Assembly (NCBI GenBank): GCA_019058275.1
Contig: JAHLVW010000062.1
Span: forward strand, 64,001 to 128,000
DNA length: 64,000 bases
DNA from: Candidatus Heimdallarchaeota archaeon
GTDB taxonomy: Archaea; Asgardarchaeota; Heimdallarchaeia; JABLTI01
Direction of reading: 5' to 3'
Shown: piece after piece, positions 49,985-59,943 of the stretch
Layout of the letters: each line of letters begins with the position of its first letter
Position numbering within the stretch: the first letter of the stretch is position 1
Translations under genes and position numbers: made by a program
The notes under the pieces: generated by a model
Told to the model about the DNA's origin: nothing
Database searches by the model: none
What the model saw: only the letters and a program-made list of their open reading frames with translations

Positions 49985-50851
49985 TTATACACCCGTTTCT
50001 TTATTATGCAGATCTAGCGTCGAGGTTACTAAATCTACTAGTTTCCTTGCAAAAGGATTATCCATATTAATACTAAATAAGTGCTCATTGGCAATAGTTC
50101 TTTTTACCTTTACTAATTCTTGTATATCTAATTCTTCCAAATAAGAGTTTACCATCATTAGAGGTATTTTCACTTCATTTGACAATTCTTGTGGAGAGAG
50201 TGTTTTCTTCGTAGCTAGTAAAGTAAAGATGGCTAGTCGATTTCTATTAGAGATGATTTCAAGTTTAGCTGGTTCCATTTTTACTTTATCATATACTTTT
50301 TTCTCTTTTTTCACTCGATCTAATGCAAATTGTTTTGCTCGTTCTAGTGCCTTTTCACTATTTTCTACAAGATAGACTAGTTGTAATGAACGCATTTTCT
50401 GAAATGTTGTTTCTAATGATGTAAAAACTTCAGATGAAACTCCACCAGCTTTTGAGTATATCACTACATGAATTCCTAAATCCACTGCAAGAGATATTTG
50501 TATCCTTGTTTCGTTTCCCCCACCAATTGCAATCAAACAGTCACAAGAATAGACAAATGACCAGCTATATTCACTTCCGATTATTGTTGTAGCAACTGTT
50601 ACATGAGAATCTTGATTCCCAACATCTTTGTAGTTTCCTGGAACAATATTAACATTTATTCCTCCAGCATCATTGACTCCTTTTGTAATAGCTTCTGCTA
50701 CACCTGTTGCTCCACTTACAAGAACTGCTATATTCAATGTTCTTCCTAAAGCAAAACCCAATTTGTATGAGAAATCCCAAGTATCCTTATCTTGTTCATT
50801 ATTCATATCAAGTGTTTTGCTGCCTACAACAGATATCTGAAGTTTTCTCAT
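49985..50851 (-). CDS. SLOG (LOG/TIGR00725-like) domain fused to ArsR-type winged helix
   Basis: ISVVGS, SGATGVAEA..KG...AGG...I.PG and IAIGGG, then SNRNRLAIFTLL...LSPQELS HTH. Confidence 0.75.
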   Translation of the reverse strand: MRKLQISVVGSKTLDMNNEQDKDTWDFSYKLGFALGRTLNIAVLVSGATGVAEAITKGVNDAGGINVNIVPGNYKDVGNQDSHVTVATTIIGSEYSWSFVYSCDCLIAIGGGNETRIQISLAVDLGIHVVIYSKAGGVSSEVFTSLETTFQKMRSLQLVYLVENSEKALERAKQFALDRVKKEKKVYDKVKMEPAKLEIISNRNRLAIFTLLATKKTLSPQELSNEVKIPLMMVNSYLEELDIQELVKVKRTIANEHLFSINMDNPFARKLVDLVTSTLDLHNKETGV

Positions 50852-50997
50852 GGATAGTAGACAAGAAACAAAGTATTTGTTTTTTTCGATTGAGATAGTT
50901 TGCTATTCTAATTATGGATTTATAAGGACAATTGATTAATACTTGATGAATGTTAGTTTGTCTAACAAAATTAAAAACATAATTTACAGGGATTAAA

Positions 50998-52320
50998 ATG
51001 ATAGTTCGAGATCCTGTCCATGGTGACATTAAATTCACTGAAAATGAAGCTCAAGTTATTGATTGTCTAGAAGTTCAAAGACTACGTGGTGTCAAGCAAT
51101 TAGGTACAACCTACTTGGTCTATCCAGGAGCATTACACACAAGATTTGATCATAGCTTAGGAACAGCTTACTTGTCCAAAATTATCATACAAAACATCAG
51201 AAAGAATGGATTTGAGATCGATAATGAAACAGAAGAACTTGTTTCAATTGCAGGAATAATACATGACATTACACATGTGCCTTATGGTCATACCTTTGAA
51301 GATGAAAGAAAAATCTTTCAAAGACATGACAAAAGTGATAATTTTAAAAATATTCTAGCAAGTGGACAGATTGGTGATTTATTAAATCAATTGGGTTACG
51401 AAACTAAATTGCTAAAAATGCTAACCCAAAAAGAAGATCCTACAATAAAATCCCGGGAAGATCCCTGGATGGGACAGATAATTAATGATACTATCTGTTC
51501 AGATTTACTAGATTATATTAGAAGAGATTGTTATTACACAGGCATTAACAAGAATTATGATAATCGAGTATTCAGCTATTTCATTGTTGAAGATGGAAAA
51601 TTAGTTCTTAATTTTGTGAAAAACAAAATGGAACGATCTGATGCCAGATCTGAAGTTCTTCATCTTTTACGATTAAGGTTCTTCCTTACTGAAAGAGTTT
51701 ATTTCCATCATGCAAAACTATCCTCTGGAGCAATGATCTCAAAAGCTGTAGAATTAGCAGTAATAGCTGGTCAACTTACTCGAGAAGGGCTCTACAAGTT
51801 AAATGACTGGACGTTATTTAGATTCCTAATAGGTGAACCAGATCCAAAACCAGTTGATTCTCCAATTCGCAAACTGATAGAACGTGTTCAAAACAGACAA
51901 TTATTAAAACGTGCTTATGTCCTATCAAGCGCAACCTTAAGTTCTAGGAAGAGTCGTGAGGATTTCATTCAGAAATTTAATCCACCAACAAATGAAAGAG
52001 AACAAGTAGAAGATATGATTATTGATCGTCTAAAAAATATTACAAAAGATAAAACCATCAATAAAGCAGATGTCATTATTCATTGTTTAAGCTCATCTTC
52101 CCTGAAGGAAGCAGAGGTTTTAATCAAAAACAAAGAGAGAAAAATTGTTCAACTTAATGTACGTCCCCATCCATCAGCTGATATTAAGGTTATTGAGGAT
52201 GCTTATGAAGATTTATGGCGTATGTATGTTTTTGCTAATCCTAAATATGCTAAAGAAGTAGGAAAAATATGTGAAGAAACCTTCGGACGAGATAATGAAT
52301 ATTCACCCAAAAAAATGTAG
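50998..52320 (+). CDS. HD-domain phosphohydrolase, SAMHD1/dNTP triphosphohydrolase-like
   Basis: RDPVHG, QRLR.VKQLG..YLVYPGA.HTRFDHSLG, HDI.H.PYGH, D.LDY.RRD and VYFHH. Confidence 0.9.
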   Translation: MIVRDPVHGDIKFTENEAQVIDCLEVQRLRGVKQLGTTYLVYPGALHTRFDHSLGTAYLSKIIIQNIRKNGFEIDNETEELVSIAGIIHDITHVPYGHTFEDERKIFQRHDKSDNFKNILASGQIGDLLNQLGYETKLLKMLTQKEDPTIKSREDPWMGQIINDTICSDLLDYIRRDCYYTGINKNYDNRVFSYFIVEDGKLVLNFVKNKMERSDARSEVLHLLRLRFFLTERVYFHHAKLSSGAMISKAVELAVIAGQLTREGLYKLNDWTLFRFLIGEPDPKPVDSPIRKLIERVQNRQLLKRAYVLSSATLSSRKSREDFIQKFNPPTNEREQVEDMIIDRLKNITKDKTINKADVIIHCLSSSSLKEAEVLIKNKERKIVQLNVRPHPSADIKVIEDAYEDLWRMYVFANPKYAKEVGKICEETFGRDNEYSPKKM

Positions 52321-52335
52321 TTTAGTTATTGAATG

Positions 52336-53274
52336 CTACTTGTCTATCTTTCTGTCAATATCATTGTAGAGATCATTAAGGTGTATTTTGTATTTACCTA
52401 AATTTCCACCAAAATTACCTGCAGATATTTTCAGAACACCTTTAGATTTTACACCTACTTTTATTGCTAAACTCATAGCTTGTTTGACATCAACCATTGT
52501 TAGACCATTAATAACAATTTCAGGAATGCTAACAACACCCTCAGGAACAAGGCTCTCATCAATTTCCGTTCGCAAAGATGGACAGTATTGATGATTAGTT
52601 GTAGGTCCAATTTCAGGATGAGGTTGTCCTTTATAGACAGTTTTCGATCCTGCAGAGCAGATAGCGAAAGGAGTAACGATATTTTCTACATGTATTAAAG
52701 TATCAACTATTTTCTTACCAACTTTTAGGGCATTTTTCTCAGAATCGCACATCAACCAGATATTTCCACCAGATATGCCTGTTGTGTAACCAACATGACG
52801 TTCTATAAACCAATCACCCATCATTAAAGGGATTTTTATCATCTTACGATCAAATAATTCAACATCAGATTGGTAAACATCACCACAATAACCGACATTT
52901 TCCATTAAATCAAACTTGTCTTTAGATTCCAAGGCATTAAACACAGTTGTTGTGGGGATTACTAAAATACCTTGTCTAATTCTCAAACCAAGTTCTTTGT
53001 AGAATTTCTTCAAACTTTTCTCAGGATTTTCTGGATTCCACTCACCCCAAATCTGAGCAATAAAACCTGGGTTTTTATCGGGTGTTTTATCTCCTTGCAA
53101 CCATCGTTCTAAGCCTGCTTCTGTACGTCCTACAACTATTGATGGTAGTGCAGTACTTTGTGCTACTGTATAGTGCATAAGCTCTTCATCGCGAAGTGTT
53201 ACTAACAATCGAGTAACTATTCCTTCAAAAGCTTCGCAGTAAGTGTCTTCTATTTCTACTCCTTCAAGCATCAT
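52336..53274 (-). CDS. ftr: Formylmethanofuran-tetrahydromethanopterin N-formyltransferase
   Basis: GVEIEDTYCEAF, EAG.E, TPD..PG, GGN, SAGSK, TTNHQYCP.LR, EIVING and ISAGNFGG.LG. Confidence 0.93.
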   Translation of the reverse strand: MMLEGVEIEDTYCEAFEGIVTRLLVTLRDEELMHYTVAQSTALPSIVVGRTEAGLERWLQGDKTPDKNPGFIAQIWGEWNPENPEKSLKKFYKELGLRIRQGILVIPTTTVFNALESKDKFDLMENVGYCGDVYQSDVELFDRKMIKIPLMMGDWFIERHVGYTTGISGGNIWLMCDSEKNALKVGKKIVDTLIHVENIVTPFAICSAGSKTVYKGQPHPEIGPTTNHQYCPSLRTEIDESLVPEGVVSIPEIVINGLTMVDVKQAMSLAIKVGVKSKGVLKISAGNFGGNLGKYKIHLNDLYNDIDRKIDK

Positions 53275-53368
53275 GAGATGAAACCTTCACTATTTATCCA
53301 TGTGCAATAATGTCATTGAAAAAGATTTTGCTGGTAAAAAATGTTGATTGGTAAAATGAATTTAATTT

Positions 53369-54139
53369 CTAGTTTGTTTTTGGTTTTAGTAATCCAATAA
53401 ATTCTGCTTCCTCAGCTATATTATCGACTGTTATTGGATCATATTTCTCAATTAAATGAATGGAATTTGTTCCATAGATTAAATTATCTCGAGCATTATG
53501 AAACATTGCTTTAGTATCTTCCAGATCCTTCTCTTCAACTAAAGTGTCTTTTGGTAAACCAACGCATAGTAACGGTATCTCTGGTTGAAGTACACATTCA
53601 GCTGTTCCCAATTTTTTTAATGTTAAATTATACTGCTTATGTATTTTTTTAGCACCATCTCTCTTGAGGAATTTAAACAATACAAAATAAGTGTCAAATG
53701 TCTTCTTACGTCAAATAAACATTGTTATTGGAAATGCTAAGACTAAGAGGAAAGCAAAAATCCATAAGAAGAACCATGGAAAGCTCATCATAAATTTCAA
53801 ACCAGCATCCTCTTTAATTCTCTTTGATGAACCAATGAGTACGACCTCTTGTAAACCAGGTACCTTTTCTCTATTCATCAATTCAATAATTAAACTGCCA
53901 CCTAAACTATGACCACACAAAACAAAAGGTTCCTTTTTTGGCAAATTAGCTTTAAGTTTAACTAAATGAGAATCACTATCAGTACATGTTTCATCCCATC
54001 TAATTACCTCTACATTATCTTCACCAAATCTCTTGAGATAATCAGGATATTCTCTTCCAGAACCACCAAATCCAGTTGCAATTATAACTCTAGAATCACA
54101 TTTAAGTAGTACATGTTCTTTTCCAGCTTCTTTTCCCAA
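53369..54139 (-). pseudogene. Alpha/beta hydrolase interrupted by one in-frame TGA (53711-53713)
   Basis: GHSLG nucleophile in the 5' ORF. The frame continues MFI*RKKTFDTYFVLFKFLKRDG into 53369-53680, which has candidate catalytic Asp (KDTLV) and His (SIHL). Confidence 0.75.
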
Positions 54140-54215
54140 ATTCTCTTCCTCATATGGTTAGTTTAAGTTATAAATTCATATAATTGATACTGGTTTTGCT
54201 TTTATGATTTCATTA

Positions 54216-55523
54216 TCATCTTTTGTTTTTTGGTTTTCTTCGCATGTTGTATTTTCTCGCCATTTGCATAGAGTTGATCATTGGTTCAATTTCAACATCT
54301 GTTTCTAATTGGCCAAGCATATTATCATCAATAAATAACGGATTTTCTGCATACATTGTACCTGCAAATAAATCTGGAGTATACTCTCTTCCTCTCCATG
54401 TTATCTTCTTTTTTATCACAAGTTCTAAAGCAGAAACACCAAGTAATATGCAAAAAAATACGAATACGATTGGATAAAACGTATATGTAACCCACTGATG
54501 TGCTCCTTTTTTATTCCAATAGATGAAAACAGACAAACCACATAGAACATAGGCTATCGAAGTTACAAGTATATATGGCCAAGTTGCATAGTTTGCTGCT
54601 AAACCTACAGCAACTGGTGCAAGCATACCCCAAAGGTACCAAAGTAATGCTCCAGTAATATTTCGTGGATGAGTCAATTTTGTACCTGGAAACAAGCATT
54701 TCTTCCAACCATTCCAACATTGTTTTGGAGAATCTGGATACATTCTTGTGTACACAAATTTTGTACCATCTATGAAGAATAATCGTTTTAATTTTGTTTT
54801 AACAACCCTTGCTAAGGCAAGATCCTCAACAATAGAACCCTTTAAAAATTCATGACCACCAAATGCTTCATAATCTTTACGTTTAAATAACATGTATTGA
54901 CCTGAAGCAGTATAGCTTTTGGGTTTATTTGGATTGTTAACGCTGTTTTTACCACCATATGTTAAATTTGAAGCAAAATAAAATACCGGATTGATACTTT
55001 CCCACCAGCTTTTGATACGCTGGAAAGGAAATACACTTACTAATGCTGCATTTCTTTCCAATGCAACTTTCATGAAATGTTTTAATGAATCTGGTGTATG
55101 TTCTGTATCTGCATCTGCAAAAAGCAAATAGTCTCCTTTTGCTTGCTGATATCCTAGATGGCAACCATAGTTCTTACCAATCCAGCCTTGAGGTAAGGTT
55201 TCATCTACAATTACTTTATCAATAAATGACTTAGCCATCTCTATAGTTCTATCACTTGATCCTCCATCTGAGACAATTATTTCAAATTTAGAGTAATTAA
55301 GCTCTTTCAATGACTGTAAACAAACAGCGATATTATTCTCCTCATTGTAAGTAGGAACAATGATACTTACAAATGGTTGTTCAAAATCATCATCTAGTGG
55401 AGTTCTAGGTAAGATGCCCTTTCTACCACTAATAGTTAGAAAAAAATAGAATAATGAAAAAAATACTAGCACAGCATATATGCTGCCAGCTATAATTAGG
55501 AATAGTGTGATTACTGATGCCAT
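54216..55523 (-). CDS. Glycosyltransferase family 2 membrane protein
   Basis: VSIIVPTYNEE, GWIGKNYGC, FADAD, GQYMLF, IVEDLAL and RMY. Confidence 0.9.
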   Translation of the reverse strand: MASVITLFLIIAGSIYAVLVFFSLFYFFLTISGRKGILPRTPLDDDFEQPFVSIIVPTYNEENNIAVCLQSLKELNYSKFEIIVSDGGSSDRTIEMAKSFIDKVIVDETLPQGWIGKNYGCHLGYQQAKGDYLLFADADTEHTPDSLKHFMKVALERNAALVSVFPFQRIKSWWESINPVFYFASNLTYGGKNSVNNPNKPKSYTASGQYMLFKRKDYEAFGGHEFLKGSIVEDLALARVVKTKLKRLFFIDGTKFVYTRMYPDSPKQCWNGWKKCLFPGTKLTHPRNITGALLWYLWGMLAPVAVGLAANYATWPYILVTSIAYVLCGLSVFIYWNKKGAHQWVTYTFYPIVFVFFCILLGVSALELVIKKKITWRGREYTPDLFAGTMYAENPLFIDDNMLGQLETDVEIEPMINSMQMARKYNMRRKPKNKR

Positions 55524-55658
55524 ATTATCGAATCTCCTGATTACAATATGCTAGATTTACCTTCTGCATACTTTTACTGATAAACTTCCTTTATTCTGTT
55601 TAATACCAAACCTATGCCCTTGAAGTTTATCACATTGTTGAATCTCTAAGAGTTTACT

Positions 55659-55679
55659 TAAGCAATTAGCAATTGCTTA
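55659..55679. promoter_or_regulatory. Perfect palindrome in a divergent promoter region
   Basis: TAAGCAATT-agc-AATTGCTTA (9-3-9). Confidence 0.45.
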
Positions 55680-55815
55680 TTTATAATTTTTCAGTAATTA
55701 GATTCTTTGAGTAGATGTATTATTTTATGTTTATAAAATATTCTGAATAAAATTTCTTTATGATTAGAATTATAAAGAGAGGATTATAATTAGTTCAAAA
55801 GAGGAAGTATATGTT

Positions 55816-56514
55816 ATGTTTTCATTTGGTTTAAACTCAAGAAAGTGGATAAAATCTGCACAAAAAACTGAAAAGCAAACCAAAAACTATTCAAAAGTTG
55901 CTTATGATACTTGGACGAATGTAATTAATCACTATGATGTTGATATCAAGATTTTTCTTGAAGAAATTGCTGAAAAGAGAGCAGAATATGAGAACTCATT
56001 GGTTTTTATGGAAATGCTTGCCTTCATGAAAAGGTTGGCTAATGTTCAAAATCTAGCTGTTTGGGGATTCTATCACTCAGCACTATTAGAATTACGATTT
56101 CTTTTGGAAACAACTACTTTAGCCTTTTATTTAGATCATCAATTACCAAATACCGATACTGCTGAAAAGTTGAAATTAATGCAGAAGCACAAAGGTGAGC
56201 TTTGGGGTACGAGATTAAGAAGACGAGCATATATGTATGACAAGCCATTTGGTGAAGAAGTTGAAAAAGTTGTTCAAGCTATAAATAATTCCATAGATGA
56301 ATACATGGTAGATAAAACAGTTGAAATGTGGGAAGAATCCAGTTTACCATTTAGTGAAAATGACTTTAATGAATGTGTTTTTCATACGAAAAATGCAACT
56401 GCATTGATAATTAGGCATTTTACAAAAACATTATTCAATTTCAAATATAATGGTGAATTGATAGTTACTTACAAGGATGAAACTCAAACTGAAACAAAGC
56501 AATTGGAAGAATAG
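55816..56514 (+). CDS. Hypothetical all-helical protein
   Basis: 232-aa ORF with a GAGG RBS. The SALLELRFLLE motif weakly resembles HEPN-like/DUF5677 helical bundles. Confidence 0.6.
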   Translation: MFSFGLNSRKWIKSAQKTEKQTKNYSKVAYDTWTNVINHYDVDIKIFLEEIAEKRAEYENSLVFMEMLAFMKRLANVQNLAVWGFYHSALLELRFLLETTTLAFYLDHQLPNTDTAEKLKLMQKHKGELWGTRLRRRAYMYDKPFGEEVEKVVQAINNSIDEYMVDKTVEMWEESSLPFSENDFNECVFHTKNATALIIRHFTKTLFNFKYNGELIVTYKDETQTETKQLEE

Positions 56515-56629
56515 AAATCTAATTACATTTTGTAAAATTATGAAAAATCCTCGAATTTTTCTGACTTTTTAATTGAAAAAAAATTTAAACTACAAATTAA
56601 TAGAATTGAAGAAAGGGTGTAATAGAAAA

Positions 56630-58000
56630 ATGAAGTTCGAAAGAATAGTTTCTAAAGGGATTTCTAGTAATTCTTACTTTATTGCTGCAGATAATGAAGC
56701 AGCTGTGATTGATCCTAGAAGAGATGTTGATATTTATCTTGAGTTCGCGCAAAAATATAACGTAAAGATAACTAAGATTTTTGACACTCATAGAAATGAG
56801 GATTTTGTAAATGGATCGCCACAATTAGCTTACTTTACCGATGCTAAAATCTATCATGGACACAAGCTTGATTTTAAATATGGCGAACCTGTAAAAGAAG
56901 ATGATAAATTTCAAATAGATGAACTAAAGTTTGAAATCCTAGAAACACCCGGACATACACCTGAAAGCATTTCTATATTACTTAAAGCAGAATCAAATCC
57001 TACAAAACCTTTCATGATATTCACTGGAGATACTCTTTTTGCAGGGGATGTAGGTAGAATAGATTTTTATCGTGATGCAAAGAAGCAATTGGAAGCAGCT
57101 AAATGGCTTTATAAAAGCATATTTAATAAAATCCTAAAATTAAATGATGGAACTATAGTTCTTCCTGCTCATGGAGCAGGTTCAATCTGTGGAGGGGGTA
57201 TAACTAGTTTACCCTTTACTACAGTGGGATATGAGAAATTAACAAATCCAATGCTTCAATTGAAAAAGGATGAATTTATTGATTACAAATCGAAAGAGAA
57301 ATTCGAAATTGCTCCTAATATGTCTATACTTGAAAAATTCAATTTAGAAGGTGCACCAATTCTAAAAAGTAGTATACAACCCAAAGCACTAACCATTGAT
57401 GAGGTTAAAAATTTCATGCAAGAGGGAGCTCAAATTATTGATGTTCGAGAGCCCGAAAGCTATGCAGGAGGTCATATTCCAAATACTATTAGCATCTGGA
57501 AAAATGGATTACCAACATATGCATTATGGTTTTTGAATTATAACGATCCCATAGTACTTATCAAAAGCACTCATCAAGATGTAGATCAAAGTGTCAGATA
57601 CTTGATCAGACTTGGTTTTGATAAAATTGTAGGTTATTTGCGAGGTTTTCGTAATTGGTATATGAAAGGAGAGAAATATGAGGAAACATTGGTTTGGTCT
57701 GTGCACGATCTAAAAGAACATCTTGATGATGATCTTTATGTTCTAGATGTTAGAACAAATCATAACGTAGAAGAGAATGGCAAAATAAAGGGATCACATA
57801 ATGTGTTCTTAGGGAATTTACCAGAAAAGATATCAGAAATTCCTAAGGATAAGAAAATTGCTGTTTATTGCGATTCAGGATTTAAGACATTTTCAGGTGT
57901 TAGCTATTTGCTAAAAAATAAATTCAAAGATGTTATTGGTGTTTTCGGAAGTATGAGTGCTTGGAAGAATGCTGGGTATCCAGTTGAAGATGACAAATAA
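56630..58000 (+). CDS. MBL-fold hydrolase fused to two rhodanese domains
   Basis: IDPRRD, DTHRNEDF, TPGHTPES, TGDTLF.GDVGR, PAHGAGS.CG, DVRE...GHIP and YCDSG. Start placed at MKFER (56630). Confidence 0.9.
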   Translation: MKFERIVSKGISSNSYFIAADNEAAVIDPRRDVDIYLEFAQKYNVKITKIFDTHRNEDFVNGSPQLAYFTDAKIYHGHKLDFKYGEPVKEDDKFQIDELKFEILETPGHTPESISILLKAESNPTKPFMIFTGDTLFAGDVGRIDFYRDAKKQLEAAKWLYKSIFNKILKLNDGTIVLPAHGAGSICGGGITSLPFTTVGYEKLTNPMLQLKKDEFIDYKSKEKFEIAPNMSILEKFNLEGAPILKSSIQPKALTIDEVKNFMQEGAQIIDVREPESYAGGHIPNTISIWKNGLPTYALWFLNYNDPIVLIKSTHQDVDQSVRYLIRLGFDKIVGYLRGFRNWYMKGEKYEETLVWSVHDLKEHLDDDLYVLDVRTNHNVEENGKIKGSHNVFLGNLPEKISEIPKDKKIAVYCDSGFKTFSGVSYLLKNKFKDVIGVFGSMSAWKNAGYPVEDDK

Positions 58001-58105
58001 GCAAAAGAACTCAAATTATAACTAATAAACTTTCAAAGTCATGTGAATCTTATAAATCGAAATAATAATATATGCAATTTGTAACTAAAATATAAGCGAA
58101 TCTGA

Positions 58106-58456
58106 ATGAAACAAATTAACATAATAACTCAGGAGGGCTCTGGGATTACAAATAGTAAACTAAAAGATGAAATAAGTAAAAGATGTCCAAATCCACAATC
58201 ACCATGTACAATTATCTTTAGAATTGGTGAAAATCTTCAATCATTCAATGCTGTTGTAGATATATTTACAAAGAAAGGATTTATTGTCCAAGAATTCGTT
58301 GATGACTTTATGTGTGTTTTATCACGTGAAAAAGATGTAATAAATGAATCTGTAAAAATAGAGCGCAATCAAGTACAAATCCAAGCATGGAAAGATACAC
58401 TATTAGATTTGTGTGATGATTTAGCTGATCATTGCAAGGAATTTGTAGGCAACTAA
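58106..58456 (+). CDS. Hypothetical protein, possibly TusA/SirA-like fold
   Basis: 116-aa ORF with a CPNP motif and an alternating beta/alpha pattern, downstream of a rhodanese gene. Confidence 0.45.
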   Translation: MKQINIITQEGSGITNSKLKDEISKRCPNPQSPCTIIFRIGENLQSFNAVVDIFTKKGFIVQEFVDDFMCVLSREKDVINESVKIERNQVQIQAWKDTLLDLCDDLADHCKEFVGN

Positions 58457-58462
58457 TTCGCC

Positions 58463-58495
58463 TTGAAAAACTAGTTTATACTACTAGTTTTTCAA
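58463..58495 (+). terminator. Perfect 13-bp hairpin directly after a stop codon
   Basis: TTGAAAAACTAGT-ttatact-ACTAGTTTTTCAA. Confidence 0.6.
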
Positions 58496-58562
58496 AAGCT
58501 TACGTTAGATTTATTTTAGGAACATCAAATAAATTTGAATATATATAGCAAAACCTACATAG

Positions 58563-59054
58563 ATGAAAATTGGAGTGTGTATTTTAAATTTGAATACAGA
58601 TGAAATTGTGTTTAAAATAAACAACACTGATAACAAAATGATCTTCTTGACGGGTATCTTTGAAGGATTTTCTGCTTACAATTTAGCTATTGATAATAAT
58701 TATTCTTATTTAGATTTCAATTCATTTCTAAAAGAAAATAGAATTGATTCAGAACATTTCAAATCCTCTGATGCTTCAAGAACAACAGGAATAATAATTA
58801 GTATAGATCAATGGACACAAAAGACAGCTTACAAAGAACAAAAGGCAACAATAATTATTGATGGATTTGACCCAAAGAAAATACCTGATCTATTAACCAA
58901 GAGTTTATTGATGCAAGATTTACTTTACTTATCAAAAAACAATGCTAAACTTAAAGCCAATTTAGTCTTTATTATTGATGAAAAAAACGGCGCATTAGAA
59001 GAACAAATACTGCCTAAAATTCTAACTAATAGTCATATCATAAATCTTGCTTAA
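58563..59054 (+). CDS. Hypothetical protein
   Basis: 163-aa ORF filling the space between two co-oriented genes. No recognised motif. Confidence 0.5.
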   Translation: MKIGVCILNLNTDEIVFKINNTDNKMIFLTGIFEGFSAYNLAIDNNYSYLDFNSFLKENRIDSEHFKSSDASRTTGIIISIDQWTQKTAYKEQKATIIIDGFDPKKIPDLLTKSLLMQDLLYLSKNNAKLKANLVFIIDEKNGALEEQILPKILTNSHIINLA

Positions 59055-59109
59055 AACATTCATGGTTTCATAACTTTGGTAAAATAAAGTAAATAGATAT
59101 GATGTATAA

Positions 59110-59913
59110 ATGAAAGATCAAGAATTAAGTAAAATTAAAACATTTCAAACAAAGATTTTTGACTGGTGGAATACAAACAAACGCGAATTTCCCTGGAGAG
59201 AAACCACAGATCCTTATTTTGTTCTGCTTTCTGAAGTTATGCTGCAGCAAACACAGGCTACAAGGTCTATTGAGAAGTTTAAGCAATTTGTCGAGTCATT
59301 TCCAACAATTGATAGTTTAGCTGAAGCTCAAAAATCTGAGGTTCTAAAACAATGGTCTGGATTGGGTTATAATAGAAGAGCACTGTGGTTACAAGAAGCA
59401 GCAAAACAAATAATTGAGTTGGGAGATTTTCCTAAGTTTCCTGAAGCATTACAAGCTTTGAAAGGTATAGGCCCCTATACAGGAAGAGCAATATTGATTT
59501 TTGCTTTTAATTATGATTTATCAACAGTTGATACAAACATAAGAAGGATTTTGATAGCAGAGGGATTTGCTTCTGAGACTAATACAGAGAAAGAACTTTA
59601 TGATATAGCATTCAAAATACAACCAAAAGGGCGTTCAAGAGATTGGTATAGTGCTTTAATGGATTATGGTGCTACTGTACTAACAGCTGCAAAAACCGGA
59701 ATAAAACCTGTAACAAGCCAATCAAAATACAAAAACTCGAAGAGATTCTTTAGAGGTAAGATAGTTAAATTACTAACAATTCGAGAGAAAGCAACAAAAA
59801 ATAGGATCAGTAAAGAATGTAAAATACCAATAGTTGAAATTGACACGATTTTAGAGAAACTAGTTTCAGATGGTTTAATAAAAAAAGAAAGAAAAAGCTA
59901 TTCTTTGCCATAA
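59110..59913 (+). CDS. mutY: MutY-like HhH-GPD DNA glycosylase lacking the Fe-S cluster motif
   Basis: R.FPWR...DPY.VLLSEVMLQQTQ, WSGLGYNRRA, LKGIGPYT and VDTNIRR. No Cys cluster follows MDYGA. Confidence 0.8.
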   Translation: MKDQELSKIKTFQTKIFDWWNTNKREFPWRETTDPYFVLLSEVMLQQTQATRSIEKFKQFVESFPTIDSLAEAQKSEVLKQWSGLGYNRRALWLQEAAKQIIELGDFPKFPEALQALKGIGPYTGRAILIFAFNYDLSTVDTNIRRILIAEGFASETNTEKELYDIAFKIQPKGRSRDWYSALMDYGATVLTAAKTGIKPVTSQSKYKNSKRFFRGKIVKLLTIREKATKNRISKECKIPIVEIDTILEKLVSDGLIKKERKSYSLP

Positions 59914-59943
59914 AAAGGAAAAAAAGAATGATGATAAAAATCA

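Noticed and set aside
55816-56514. HEPN toxin call
   Set aside because: Only an N-terminal helix pattern is similar, and no RxxxxH-type catalytic motif is evident.
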